Program-made: the position numbers and the translations under genes
Shown here: piece by piece, positions 39,676-49,961 of the stretch
Layout of the letters: each line of letters opens with the position of its first letter
Numbering within the stretch: position 1 is the stretch's first letter
Assembly (NCBI RefSeq): GCF_006345805.1
Contig: NC_042997.1
Coordinates: 211,978,001 to 212,042,000 of the forward strand
Direction of reading: 5' to 3'
From: Octopus sinensis
Taxonomy: Eukaryota
DNA: 64,000 bases
Notes under the pieces: model-generated
The model's database searches: none
What the model was told of the DNA's origin: nothing
The model's input: only the letters and a program-made list of their open reading frames with translations

Positions 39676-41126
39676 TATATATATGTGTATATAATTTTAT
39701 TCAATAAAATCACCACTGGCTTCAACCACTGCCTCCAGATGACTTTAGAATCTTCTGCAATTCTTCTGGACAGTCTCTTTGTTTAAGTTGGTGGATGCTG
39801 CCATAATCCTTGCCTTCAGTTCATCTTTGGTGTTACAAGGAGTTTTGTTGGTCTCTCACTCAGCTGCACCCCACACATAATAATCAAGGGGGTTGCAGCC
39901 TGGGGAGTTAGGTGGCCAAATGCTAGGGGTGATGTGGTTGCAGAAATTGTCTGACAGCCATGACTGGGTTCTCCTGCTTGTGTGACATGGTGCAGAGTCC
40001 TGTTGCCAGACAAAGGGTCTTCCAGCACCCACCCTCTTGACCTAGAACAGCACTACCTCCTCCAGGCACATGATGTAGGCCTCTGTGTTGAGTCTGAGTC
40101 CATGTGGGAAGATGAAGGGAGACATAATGTCGCCATCACTAATGATTACTCCAAACACCATGATGTTGACTGGATGTTTGATTTTTATCACTCTCAGTAC
40201 ATTTCCTCTGTTTGACACCCTAACACTCTGAAATGTTCGTATTGGAGCTTATGGTGCAAATGCCAAGCAATACAGCATGTTGGTTCCAAATCTCTGGCAG
40301 AGTGAATTGCATCATGGTACTGTTTTTTTTCTCACAGACAGTGCCCAACTGACCCTACTATTCTCTATAATCAACAAAATCAAAAACAAACAGTGTGCAT
40401 GCGTAAAATTAAAAGTAGAAAATGGTGACAATTTACCCATTGTACCCTATCATTATCATCATCATCATCATCATTGTTTTCCATGCTGGCATGTGTTGGA
40501 CGGTTTGACCGGGGTCTGGGAAGCCAGGGGCTGCACCAGGCTCCAGTCTTATCTGGCAATGTTTCTACAGCTGGATGCCCTTCCTAACGCCAACCACTCC
40601 CTGAGTGTAGTGGGTGCTTTTTACGTGCCACCAGCACAGGTGCCAGGGGAGGCTGGCAGCGGCCACGATCAGTTGGTGCTTTTTACGTGCCACCGGCACA
40701 GGTGCCAGGGGAGGCTGGCAGCGTCCACGATCAGTTGGTGCTTTTTACGTGCCACCGGCACAGAAGCCAGCCACGGAAATACACATATGCACACATGCAT
40801 ATACACACATGCACACATGCATATACACACACATGTATTTGTGCCAGCTAATGTGTGTTTATATTTGTTATAATGAACCAGTATTTGTAATGTGATGTTC
40901 TCAACAACAGGAAAACCCGGACATTTAAAAAAAACGATGCCATACTTACATTTCGATTTAGCAAGACGGAAAAATATTCAATCATACTCTCGCCGAAGAA
41001 GAAGAAGTTTGATGTGAAGAGGAAATACCAGCTGAGCGTTCGGAAGAGAGGAAGGTCGTACGATTTGTAGACGACATAACCGATGGTGATGATCTCATGG
41101 AAGCACTTGATCTGGATGGCAAACAC
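16455..41126 (-). CDS. Cds: Phosphatidate cytidylyltransferase (CDP-diacylglycerol synthase), 8 coding exons, 5'-incomplete in this window
   Basis: Exons of 177+120+83+157+153+135+104+133 = 1062 nt join in frame across GT-AG introns (353 aa + TAG). The protein contains [63 protein letters not shown] and the CTP_transf_1 signature [26 protein letters not shown]. Confidence 0.97.
16851..17247 (+). mobile_element. SINE family B
   Basis: Full-length copy. Confidence 0.85.
17613..17995 (+). mobile_element. tRNA-derived SINE (family D)
   Basis: A-box-like tggcccagtggtt, B-box-like ggtttcgattccc; near-identical to the reverse complement of 20521-20902. Confidence 0.9.
18408..18710 (-). mobile_element. 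RTE 3'-tail copy
   Basis: Same family. Confidence 0.85.
19421..19807 (+). mobile_element. Mariner-derived fold-back element
   Basis: TA-tggggtgcattcaaaaag ... ttttgaatgcatccca-TA; the loop encodes [25 protein letters not shown]. Confidence 0.85.
20521..20902 (-). mobile_element. tRNA-derived SINE (family D), inverted copy
   Basis: About 95% identical by eye to 17613-17995. Confidence 0.9.
21019..21122 (-). CDS. Cds: Cds exon ([35 protein letters not shown])
   Basis: Acceptor tgttacag, donor gtaagc, 104 nt; HGG..DRFD signature. Confidence 0.97.
21552..21730 (-). mobile_element. RTE 3'-tail copy
   Basis: Same family. Confidence 0.75.
22424..22900. repeat. 139-bp minisatellite, about 3.4 copies
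   Basis: Units start at 22424, 22563, 22702 and 22840. Confidence 0.92.
23208..23375 (-). mobile_element. RTE-type LINE extreme 3' end (different family)
   Basis: [16 protein letters not shown] motif followed by a (GAT)-like tail. Confidence 0.6.
23920..24054 (-). CDS. Cds: Cds exon ([45 protein letters not shown])
   Basis: Acceptor cattccag, donor gttcgt, 135 nt; [18 protein letters not shown] motif. Confidence 0.97.
24614..25500 (+). mobile_element. RTE (BovB-like) LINE, 5'-truncated; RT C-terminus and Zn finger
   Basis: Open frame of about 270 aa: [74 protein letters not shown]. Confidence 0.93.
25695..26110 (-). mobile_element. RTE 3'-tail copy
   Basis: Same family. Confidence 0.85.
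26261..26413 (-). CDS. Cds: Cds exon ([51 protein letters not shown])
   Basis: Acceptor attttcag, donor gtaagt, 153 nt; FVCP..C loop typical of metazoan CDS. Confidence 0.95.
27850..28760 (+). mobile_element. RTE-clade fragments and tail copy
   Basis: [22 protein letters not shown]; [33 protein letters not shown]; tail copy at about 28110-28268. Confidence 0.8.
29000..29156 (-). CDS. Cds: Cds exon ([52 protein letters not shown])
   Basis: Acceptor ttttgcag, donor gtaagt, 157 nt; SPKKTWEG motif. Confidence 0.97.
30061..30143 (-). CDS. Cds: Cds exon ([28 protein letters not shown])
   Basis: Acceptor tctcttcag, donor gtaaga, 83 nt, ends in phase 2. Confidence 0.96.
30343..30565 (+). mobile_element. 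SINE family C
   Basis: Full-length copy. Confidence 0.85.
30783..31670 (-). mobile_element. RTE-clade LINE 3' portion
   Basis: Reverse-complement homolog of 48171-49345, RT C-terminus contiguous with tail. Confidence 0.85.
32420..32690 (+). mobile_element. RTE-clade RT N-terminal fragment
   Basis: [40 protein letters not shown]. Confidence 0.85.
33604..33723 (-). CDS. Cds: Cds exon ([40 protein letters not shown])
   Basis: Acceptor cttttccag, donor gtatgt, 120 nt; resembles the YHRFISF..LVKKHY motif of CDS enzymes. Confidence 0.96.
34200..35660 (-). mobile_element. Two tandem degenerate RTE-clade 3' fragments plus tail copy
   Basis: [23 protein letters not shown] and [12 protein letters not shown] motifs. 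Confidence 0.8.
36740..36960 (-). mobile_element. tRNA-derived SINE (family E); related copies at 17330-17590 and 53140-53400
   Basis: Reverse complement begins gcatggctcagtagttagagc..gtgagttcgattc. Confidence 0.65.
36976..37270 (-). mobile_element. RTE 3'-tail copy
   Basis: Same family. Confidence 0.8.
37870..38310 (-). mobile_element. Degenerate RTE (BovB-like) LINE fragment
   Basis: Frameshifted [15 protein letters not shown] motif homologous to the region at the start of the 24614 element. Confidence 0.6.
39216..39413. mobile_element. Tc1/mariner-type MITE, 198 bp, near-fully palindromic
   Basis: TA-cagggtgcggtgagtaaactgt ... acagtttattcaccataccctg-TA. Confidence 0.85.
39466..39620 (-). 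mobile_element. 155-bp hammerhead-bearing mini-element (PLE-derived or retrozyme-like)
   Basis: Discrete sequence between (TA)n/(CA)n tracts that starts about 13 nt before a hammerhead-like motif. Confidence 0.45.
39570..39607 (-). ncRNA. Minimal type I hammerhead-like motif with variant core (CCGACGA)
   Basis: Minus strand reads ctgt-CCGACGA-acg-gcaa-cgt-GAA-actcagagt-A-acag. Stem II is a perfect 3 bp with a GNRA loop, stem III is a short quasi-palindrome, the triplet is GUA, and stem I is 4 bp extendable (aaaactgt/acaggtttt). Confidence 0.55.
39690..40215 (-). mobile_element. Tc1/mariner-superfamily DDD/E transposase fragment
   Basis: [51 protein letters not shown], with stops. Confidence 0.88.
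40452..40775 (-). mobile_element. RTE 3'-tail copy
   Basis: Same family with about 63-bp internal tandem units. Confidence 0.85.
40950..41126 (-). CDS. Cds: Cds exon ([59 protein letters not shown])
   Basis: Acceptor cccaacag, donor gtaagt, 177 nt, phase 0/0. Confidence 0.96.
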
Positions 41127-41279
41127 CTGTTGGGAAAGAGGAGAGGTCAGAAAATGCCTGGTATGGAAACAACAACAACACTGCCACCACCACTACCACC
41201 ACCACAGTATAAATAGGATAATGTTTAATGTTAAACGCAACATCCCTTTGATTCCAAAGATTAACCTAATAACCATAAT

Positions 41280-41315
<36 letters not shown>

Positions 41316-41819
41316 TACTATGGAAAGCACTCTCCATCTAAAATGGAATAAATGTGATAAGTTTAGCATACATAGCAAAACAAAATTGCCCTTGCTACTC
41401 TCGGCCTCCAGAGGATGCCCGGTACTAAGGCAGCTGAAATAAAGTTATAATGAAAAGAAACCATATATAATAATGCCAAAAACTGATAAAACTCAGAGAG
41501 GAAATGCAGAATCTGTAGAAAAGAGGATGGAAGTATTAACGACCACCCATGTGAATAGAGTAAGTAGTAGAAATGATGAGATCACCGTGTCAATAGGAGA
41601 GCGAATTGTCTGTGAAAGAATGGAGAAACTATCTCCAGATAAAGATGTGAATATAGAGATAACTAATGGAAACTGAATTATTCCAAATAAAGACAGGTTC
41701 CTTTGGAGTTAAAAGACTCCGGTAAATATATAAAACAGAAGCCTGTGACTTGTGCCTAAAAGTAACAATGGAAATAGCAGAACAATGTACTGTACTCACA
41801 TATTTGACCAGAGCTAATA

Positions 41820-43620
41820 AGGCCAGGACCCGTACCAGGCTCCATCGTCTGTTCTGGCATGGTTTCTATGGCTGGATACCCTTCCTAATGCCAACCATTC
41901 CATAGAGTGCACTGAGTGTTTTTTATGTGGAACCAACACTGGCATTTGTTCTGCTGTGGTAAACGAGTCTTCTTCAGTACAAGGTGCCAGATCCCCTTTG
42001 TAAGGCTCAGTGTCCTGAGACTGGCCTTCACAACTTCATCCCATCTCTTCCTGAGTTTCCCTCTTCCACAAATTCCCTCCATTTCATGTGACAGGCAGAT
42101 CTGTATGCGACTGTTGATATCCATTTGCATCACATCACCAAACCAGTACACTCTTCTCTCTTGCACGCTGCATCCAATTCCTCTTATGCCCAACTTTTCT
42201 TTCAATGCACTCCATTGCACATCAAGCAGAGCATACTAGCTTCATTCCTCTCTAAACTTTGTGCACCTTCTGCATTCAGGGTCCATGTCTCACTACCATT
42301 CATATACATGCAGCATACAGTCTTCCTTTCACTTGCGGAGAGAGAGAGAGAGAGAGAGAGGGACATTTGGTTGCCAACAGAGGTAAAAGCTCTCAGAATT
42401 TTCTCCATCCTGTTCTTATTCTAGCAATTACACTTTCCATGCATCCTCCCCCCACAGCTAATTAGATCCCCTAAGTAGCAGAAATTATCCACTGCCTCTG
42501 AAGAGCCTCCAGAGCATTTGAGAAAATCAATTTCCTTAGTATCTCTAATTTTTATGGTTCCCACGCATCTTCCACAGACAAACACTACCTTCTCTGATAA
42601 TCTTCCTTGTTACTCCACTGCACCTCTTGTGTGTCCATAGCTTGCACTGTGTACACTGTATAGAATTCCTGCCTACACCTTTCCTATATACTGAGCAGGA
42701 ACATTTACCTGATGGGAGAAGGATCCTCTTTGTTTACTTAAGTTAACCTTAAGGCCCTTTGCTAAGTTAAGCTTAAATCACCCTTAGATTCCAGGTTTCT
42801 CTTCCACAACTAGAATTTATTTTCTAGCTCTGTTACAGAATCTGCCAGATATTTTAAGTATATCAGTAGTGACTCCTGATGGACCAGGGTGGGCTCTCCC
42901 TGTCTTCATATCCTTATGGGGGAAGATTCCCTTTCTTTAATTCATTCCCCACATTTAACAGCCTTTCATAGTAGTACTTCCACACGTCTTTCTTTTCGGA
43001 GTCATTGAGTGCCAGCATACCATTATCCACACATACAAACTTTTCTCTCATAACATCTTGATTCTCTCTGACACACTGTCTCGCAATCTGAAATACCTCA
43101 AGTCTCTGATCTTCATGCTGTAAGACAGTGGCAGACCTCTTCCTTTCTGCTTCTGCCCTGGCTAGATAAACCTATCCCCTAGCTTTCCTCTTGGCTACCT
43201 GATATAGCTCTTTGCTGCCTCCATTTCTCCAGTCTCTCCAAGCCTTTCTCTTCACTTTTATGGCCCTTTCTCACTGTTCCACCACCAGGACACACTCAGT
43301 CTGGCAGAGACTTTGCCCCAGTCACAGATTTGGTCTGTAGCCGTCAGAACTTCCAGTTGTCCTCTATGTTATACGTCACAACCTCCTCCTCCTCCAATGC
43401 TTTAATCAAAATGTCTCTAAACTTCTGACTGTTTGAGGGATCTTCCTTTCCCATTTCATTTTCTGTCTCTCTGTCCCTAAGTCTGAAGTCACTAACCACT
43501 AACCTATGTTTGAGTTGTACATTCCTCACTGGGAAAGGATTTTGCATTTATAAACATCACTCCATCTCTGTTTCTGGTAAGGATGCGGTCAATTTGGTTC
43601 GAGTGTCCACAAGACTAAGA
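41820..43620 (-). mobile_element. Degenerate RTE-clade LINE with internal deletion
   Basis: KHRLVVSDFRL (end of endonuclease domain), DPSNSQKFRDIL, KLGIRGIGCSVQERR, GICGRGKLRKRWDEVV. Confidence 0.8.
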
Positions 43621-43794
43621 AGAGATAAAATGGCTGGTTTCCTGGGGTTAGTATTGCAGATCAGCAAATCATTTGCATCTCAGATCTCCAACAGACTTAT
43701 TCCTTCCTCATTTCTAAAGCCAAAGCTCCATGCACACAGTAAAATCCATTGATGTGTTATCCATAAAATCCATTGGTACACACAACATTATAGA

Positions 43795-44795
43795 AGGAGA
43801 GAAAATTTCAACAGTCAAAGCTGAGTGCTAAAAATGCTGTTGAAGTAATAAATGCAAAAGCAGTGGCCCTAATCAGGTGTGGAGTTGGAATCACAGACTG
43901 GATCAAAAAACTACAAAGCTGCTGGCAATGTATGGAGCCTACCATCCGAAAGCTGATATCAACCGACTTTACTTGAGGAGAGACCAGGGTGGAACAGGCT
44001 TAATAGCAGTAGAAGAATGTGTGCAGATGGAAAGGAAAAGCCTGGTAGCATATTTATAGAACAGGACAGAGAAACTGCTAAAGATGGTGAATAAGGAAGA
44101 AGTGATCAAGTGTGGGATATGAGAAATGTATATGGGGAGAATGTATTAGGGAAATGTAGAATCTGTGGAACCGGGAACAAGATGGTGGCACAAGAAGAAT
44201 ATAAGAAATGGAGGTATGACCAAGCTATAAAAGTTTTACACTGGAAACTTTGCTAGAAATGAGGATTTGAAGCTGGGGACACATGGTATGACCATCAGGT
44301 TGAAAAAGTGCTGGGGTCAGACAGAGGATTGGAAGATTTTGTAGGACTTCCCTTTTCAAAAGGACAAGAAAATAGAAAGTAGTAGACTAGACACGACACA
44401 ATAATGGACAAAGAAAAGCAAAGTTGCTTACTTATCAACCCATCATGTCCCTTTGATTCCAGGATTGTAAAGACAGAAGACAAAAAAAAAAAAAATACAA
44501 TCCCTTAAAATTTGAAATTGCAAGAATTTGGAATATATAAAGTGTGTAAAGGATGTGCCAATAATAGTAATAATTGGTGTGATGGGAATTGTAAGTAAAG
44601 ATATAGAGAAATGGTTGAAGGAGATTGAAATAGAATGTCCTGAAGAGTTTCAGCAGAAAGTTTACCTCTTAGGGACAGGAAAGATTATCAGGAGGGTTCA
44701 TAGACTATTGTGAATGTTGTATTGTTGAAAGAGTAAGTCAGTGGACATCAAAGGTGAGAGTCTTGCCAGGAATAAGACTGAACCGGAGTCAAATC
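43795..44795 (+). mobile_element. R4/Dong-like non-LTR retrotransposon relic with restriction-like endonuclease C-terminus
   Basis: HPKADINRLYLRRDQGGTGLIAVEEC, HDQ..KVLHWKL-like segment, PSCPFDSRI, IIGVMGIV, QQKVYLLGTGKIIRRV; followed by (AAT)n. Confidence 0.8.
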
Positions 44796-45229
44796 AATAA
44801 TAATAATTATAATAATAATAATAATAATCCTTTCTACTATAGGCACAAAGCCTGAAATTTTGGGGGAGGGGACTAGTGGATCACACTGACCCCAGTACTC
44901 CACTGCTACTTATTTTATCGACCCTGAAAGGATAACTTACGTCAACCTCTGTGTTTCACTGGTACTTAACTTACCAACCCTGGTACTTAATATATTGAAA
45001 AGATGAAAGCAAGTTTGACCGTGGCAGTACTTGAACTCAGAACATAGCGATGGGTGAAATACCGCTAAGCATTCTGTCTAGGGTGCTAACAATTCTGCCA
45101 GCTCACTGCCTTAATAATATATATAGATATACACAAAGTCAGAGGCAGAGAAGAAGGGATAAGGGGACAAACTGAACAGCAATTGAATGCAAGAGAAGAA
45201 GTGAAACCAGTAGAAGGGATTCTGGCAAT

Positions 45230-45460
45230 GCATGAAAGCAAAATGGAAGGAAATAGGAGTCTTTGAGATGAGTGAGTATTGTTGGGTCCTTGGGGACAGT
45301 ATCAGAAGGTATCAAGCGGAATATAAAGGAAATTGGAATAGAGTGCCCAGCAGAACTGTTACAAAAGGTTTGCCTCCTTGGCATGGCCAGAATAATCAGG
45401 GAAGTTTTAGTTGAAAAGAACAGATAGCGTGGTAGTGTAGGCTGCATGTAAGAAGCCCAC
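45230..45460 (+). mobile_element. Second 3' fragment of the R4/Dong-like family
   Basis: IECPAELLQKVCLLGMARIIREVL in an alternative frame. Confidence 0.7.
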
Positions 45461-45625
45461 AAAGCATCCAAGACTCCAGGGACCCCAACAAAACCTGTGA
45501 TAAAAAGAAATGATGATAATACCCTGATGCAATACGAGGCAGAGGCTTTCATGGTTTCTGATCTTAACTGACTAGAAGTGTTAACAACCTTTTGTCTTGG
45601 TGTAAAAGATGGGTCACAACATACA

Positions 45626-46529
45626 CGAAGTGGGTTCAGAAAGTACCTGGCTTTATTATTTCCTGTATAAACTAAAGCCACTTGGGCAAAGTCCTTTGGG
45701 TGGAAGGTGACGTCACCCTTCCTGCACCTGGGTGAACATTTTCACACCAGCAGGCCATTTTAGTTCTTGACTGTTATGCCGAGAGTACAGATATGTAGGA
45801 TACACTCGGCGGATTTACGTTTTTACCGAACACATTGAGAAGAGATACTGCATCAAGTTTAGCCAGAAGTTTGGTAACACTGAAGCTCAAACCACTGAGA
45901 AGATTCAGCAGGTGTTTGGTGATGATGCCATGGGTAGAACTCGGATCAAGGAGTGGTACAAATGGTACAAACATGGTTGAACGTCAGTGGAGAGTGAGGC
46001 CCACTCAGGCAGGCAACCCACACACTGAAACGAGGAACCAATTGAGAAGATTTGGTAAATAATCCTGGAAAGCCATCGAGTAACGATTCAGGAAATTGCT
46101 CAAAAGTGGGAATAAAAACAGGATCAGTGCATTTCATTTCAACAGAGGATTTGTGCAAGTGGAGAGGGTTGGCAAAATTTGGCCCCAAGGTGCTGGCAGA
46201 GCAGCTGAAGCAACTTCACATGGGAATTGCTTAGGATATGCTGGACTGTGCAAAAAAACCACCCAGGTTTTATAGAGACCATCATCACTGGTGATGAGAC
46301 ATGAATTTCTGGTCTCTGCTTGATGCGTTCAGTTATCTGGCATGAAAACGAAAATCTGAGGAGTGTGCACACCTGTACTCTAGGTGTAATGGCCAGGAAC
46401 TGATGTGGCCTGTTGGTGCAAATGGTTTTACACATAAGCAGGAAAGGCAGTGTCAACTCCCACCCGAAGGATTCTGCCATTATTTTTGGTGGGAAAATAT
46501 CAAGTTAGATACTTTTTGAATGTACCTCG
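45626..46529 (+). mobile_element. Mariner transposon relic, internally deleted, with long imperfect TIRs
   Basis: EKRYCIKFSQKFG..FGDDAMGRTRIKEWY..HRVTIQEIA..IITGDET with stops. Ends cgaagtgggttcagaaagta / tactttttgaatgtacctcg-TA. Inserted into a repeat whose uninterrupted copy is at about 86-150. Confidence 0.9.
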
Positions 46530-47949
46530 TATTCTGCTCAATACTGCAGATTTGCTTGATCTTAACCTGTTGAGCAGGTCCTTTAGTGGCTGATATGTGC
46601 ATCTCTGCTCATGAGCAGAATTAGTGGGGGAGCATCATAGCTATGTGTTGAGATGAATTCTTTGGGGTTTGGATAATTCATCTCTAGAAACATAGGTGTT
46701 CTGTTCCTTATCCTTAAACGACCCTTATTCAAGGACCTTTTGAGTGGGATGGGCTACTCGACCAGAAGAAAATTCTAACTGGGCCCCACCTGCAGGGGTC
46801 ATGTGCTGTTTATCTTGACATGAGATCACCATGTTGTGCACTTGTGGTTGTGATGCATGTGTATGATGTACCCTTATTAATGGATATTCATGATGGGTAT
46901 ATTGGGCTTTGTATATTTGACGGCATGTGTTGCTCTCCCACCCAGTAATAATAATAATAATAATAAAGGTTTCTAATTAAAGCACAAGGCTGTTAATTTC
47001 TCAAAGGAGGGGTTAATTGATATCATTACCCTCGTACATGACTGGTACTCTATTTTATTGAGGGATAAACCACAAAGTTTTGCTCAGCAGGATTTAGAAA
47101 CAAATTTTCCCCACACTGTATAATTCCCAGCTTGTCCCACCCCAAGCAGTTTCTGATTTTGCACAAGGCCAACAATTTTCAGGGTAAAGGAAATGGTTGA
47201 CACCATGGGTTCCAATATTTGACAAATACTTTTATTTATCGATTCCAGAAGGACGAATATCAAAGTTGACCTCAACTGGATTTGAACTCAGAATGTAGAG
47301 ATCCAGAAAAAATATCACAAAGCATTTTTAGCAATGCTCTCATGAATTTGCCAAGCCAATAAGGGAACAAATAAATTCCAACATAGAAACTATTTCAGTA
47401 TTGTAAAGAAGCATTGTACTTCTGGAGACTTACACTAACATACTGTCAAGTTATATTGATAACATTTAAATATGTTTTATAATGACTGATAAAATATCAA
47501 CGAAATGGAGAGAACAGGTCTGCTTTGTGCAGATTTATTACAGATGTCCTAAACATGAATACTACAACCAACCAACCAACCAACCAACCAACCACCACTA
47601 TCACTTCTAGCAACAACAACAACAACAACAGCAGTAGCAGCAATATGTTTCAATGAATTTTTCCCAGCAGACACCAATTTCAAACTTCATTCATGGACTT
47701 CGCAGAAATTCTTCACTATTTTGTCTTGGGGCAAAATCATGCCATCTTAGAAGCAAATAAAGAGCTGTTACTACTATATTTGGTGCCAAAGCTGGAATTA
47801 TTCCTTGTAAATAATCGTGTTTATTTAAAATTTGTGGATGGTTTCACAGCCTGGGGTAAGGTGGAACTGAAGAGGACATAGAACAGTTTGGTGAAGCTAT
47901 TTCAATCTCTAGAAATAACAATTGTGGAACATAACCATAAATAATGATT

Positions 47950-49345
47950 CACTTGGTAAGACAAGGTTTCTACTTTTGTAACCAGAGAGGAACTTGGCAG
48001 CAGGTAGATGGCCCAGCTTGAACTGTAGAAAAGGCATAGGTAGGAACTCTATAAGATGTACATAGTGTAAGCTATGGACACGTAAGAGGTGCAGCAATAT
48101 CAAAGGAAGGCTAACTGGGAAGATAGTTTTTGTATGTGGCAGATGCTCAGGAGCAATAAACACTGAAAATGTGCAGAGACCAACTTCTGCCACATTCCAG
48201 GGAGAAAAACTAGAAATAGTTGATAGCTTCCGTTATCTAGGTGACCAAGTCAGTAGCAGGGGCGGGTGTGCTGAAAGCGTAGCTGCTAGAATAAGAATAG
48301 TTTGGGTAAAGTTCAGAGAGCTCTTACCTCTGCTTGTGACAAAAGGCCTCTCGCTCAGAGTAAAAGGTAGACTGTATGACACATGTGTACGAACAGCCAT
48401 GCTACATGTCAGTGAAACATGGGCCATGACTGCTGAGGATATGCGTAAGCTTGCAAGAAATGAAGCCAGTATGCTCTGATGGATGTGTAATGTCAGTGTG
48501 CATACTCGACAGAGTGTAAGTACCTTGAGAGAAAAGTTGGACCTAAGAAGCATCAGATGTGGTGTGCAAGAGAGACGACTGCGCTGGTATGGTCATGTGG
48601 CGAGAATGGATGAGGATAGATGTGTAAAAAAGTGCCACACCCTAGCGGTTGAGAGAACCTGTGGAAGAGGTAGACCCACGAAAAACTGAGATGAAGTGGT
48701 GATGCATGACCTTCAAATATTGAGCCTTACCGAGGCAATGACTAGTGACCAAGACCTTTGGAAATATGCTGTGCTTGAGAAGACCCAATAAGCCAAGTCA
48801 GACCATAGCCCATGGCTTATACCAGTGGGTGTAACCAGCCCATTTATGAATACTCCTCATTCATTGGACAATAAATCATGCTTGTGAAGACCTATTGAGG
48901 CAAGTGAAATCTAAATCAAAATTGCTGATGTGGCCAGGGCCACGGATTGGCTCTCGTGCTGGTGACACGAGAAAAGCACCATTCGAGCATGATCGTTGCC
49001 AGTGTCGCCTTACCGGCACATGTGCTGGTGGCACGCAAAAACAGCATTCAAGTGTGGTCATTGCCAGTGCCGCTGGACTGGCTCCCTTGCAGGTAGCATG
49101 TAAAAGCGTGAGCTTGGTCACTGCCAGATCCGCTTGACTGGCCCTGGTGCCGGTGGAACATGAAAAGCACCCATTACACTCTCAGAGTGGTTGGTATTAG
49201 TAAGGGCGTCCAGCTGTAGAAACACTGCCAGATCAGATTGGAGCCTGGTGCAGCGTCCTGGCTTCCCAGATCCCGGTCGAACCATCCAACCCATGCCAGC
49301 ATGGAAAACGGATGTTAAACGATGATGATGATGATGATGATGATA
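47950..49345 (+). mobile_element. RTE-clade LINE 3' portion (RT C-terminus, 3' UTR, (GAT)n tail)
   Basis: [50 protein letters not shown], continuing into the tail sequence that recurs throughout the window and ends gttaaacgatgatgat. Confidence 0.9.
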
Positions 49346-49417
49346 GGGTACACCAGTCCTTAGTCAAACCATCCAACCCATGCTAGCATGGAAAGTGGAC
49401 GTTAAATGATGATGATG

Positions 49418-49450
<33 letters not shown>

Positions 49451-49453
<3 letters not shown>

Positions 49454-49890
49454 GGTCCCGGGTTGAGTCGGGGTTAATCACAGTAAATAAGGTACTCAAT
49501 ACATAGAGTAAAGTAATTTATTTTATAGAAGGAGCTTCTACAGGACTAGAACTGTTTCTAAAATCCCATCCCATCCCATATATCTGTTGAAATACTATTC
49601 TTGGGTTCCTATTCATTTATTCTATTTATTCATTTATTTATTTTCTCACTGATTCTTCTCATTTCAAAAAACACTCTGGCCTTTTGACCACTCCCCTAAG
49701 AACAATAGCTTGTGCTCTGTTTATCTCCTAAATACTAACCTACCCAAAAAACGTCCCCCCTGCCACCACCACTCCATTAAATCTGCCTAAATGCATAAAT
49801 ACCAGAACTTATTTTGACAGCCAGCTTCCTGAAGATTTCATCTGAATGAAACAGTTCTAGTCCTGTAGAAGCTCCTTCTATAAAATATTT
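49451..49890. mobile_element. Penelope-like (PLE) terminal relic with head-to-head inverted duplication
   Basis: Perfect 39-bp inverted repeat 49520-49558 / 49848-49886, overlapping the hammerhead; the left arm runs into (TA)n. PLE assignment is inferred from hammerhead plus inverted terminus. Confidence 0.5.
49823..49873 (+). ncRNA. Type I hammerhead ribozyme motif
   Basis: agcttc-CUGAAGA-tttcatctgaat-GAA-acag-ttctagtc-ctgt-A-gaagct. Stem I 6 bp, stem III 4 bp, GUA triplet; stem II weak (ttc/gaa with a U.U closing pair). Confidence 0.7.
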
Positions 49891-49912
49891 ATTGGCCACA
49901 TTAATCTTATGC

Positions 49913-49961
<49 letters not shown>

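Noticed and set aside
41761-41850. Candidate upstream Cds exon ending in gtgagt
   Set aside because: No frame matches the expected IIYLGP-type sequence, and its 5' part is an RTE tail fragment.
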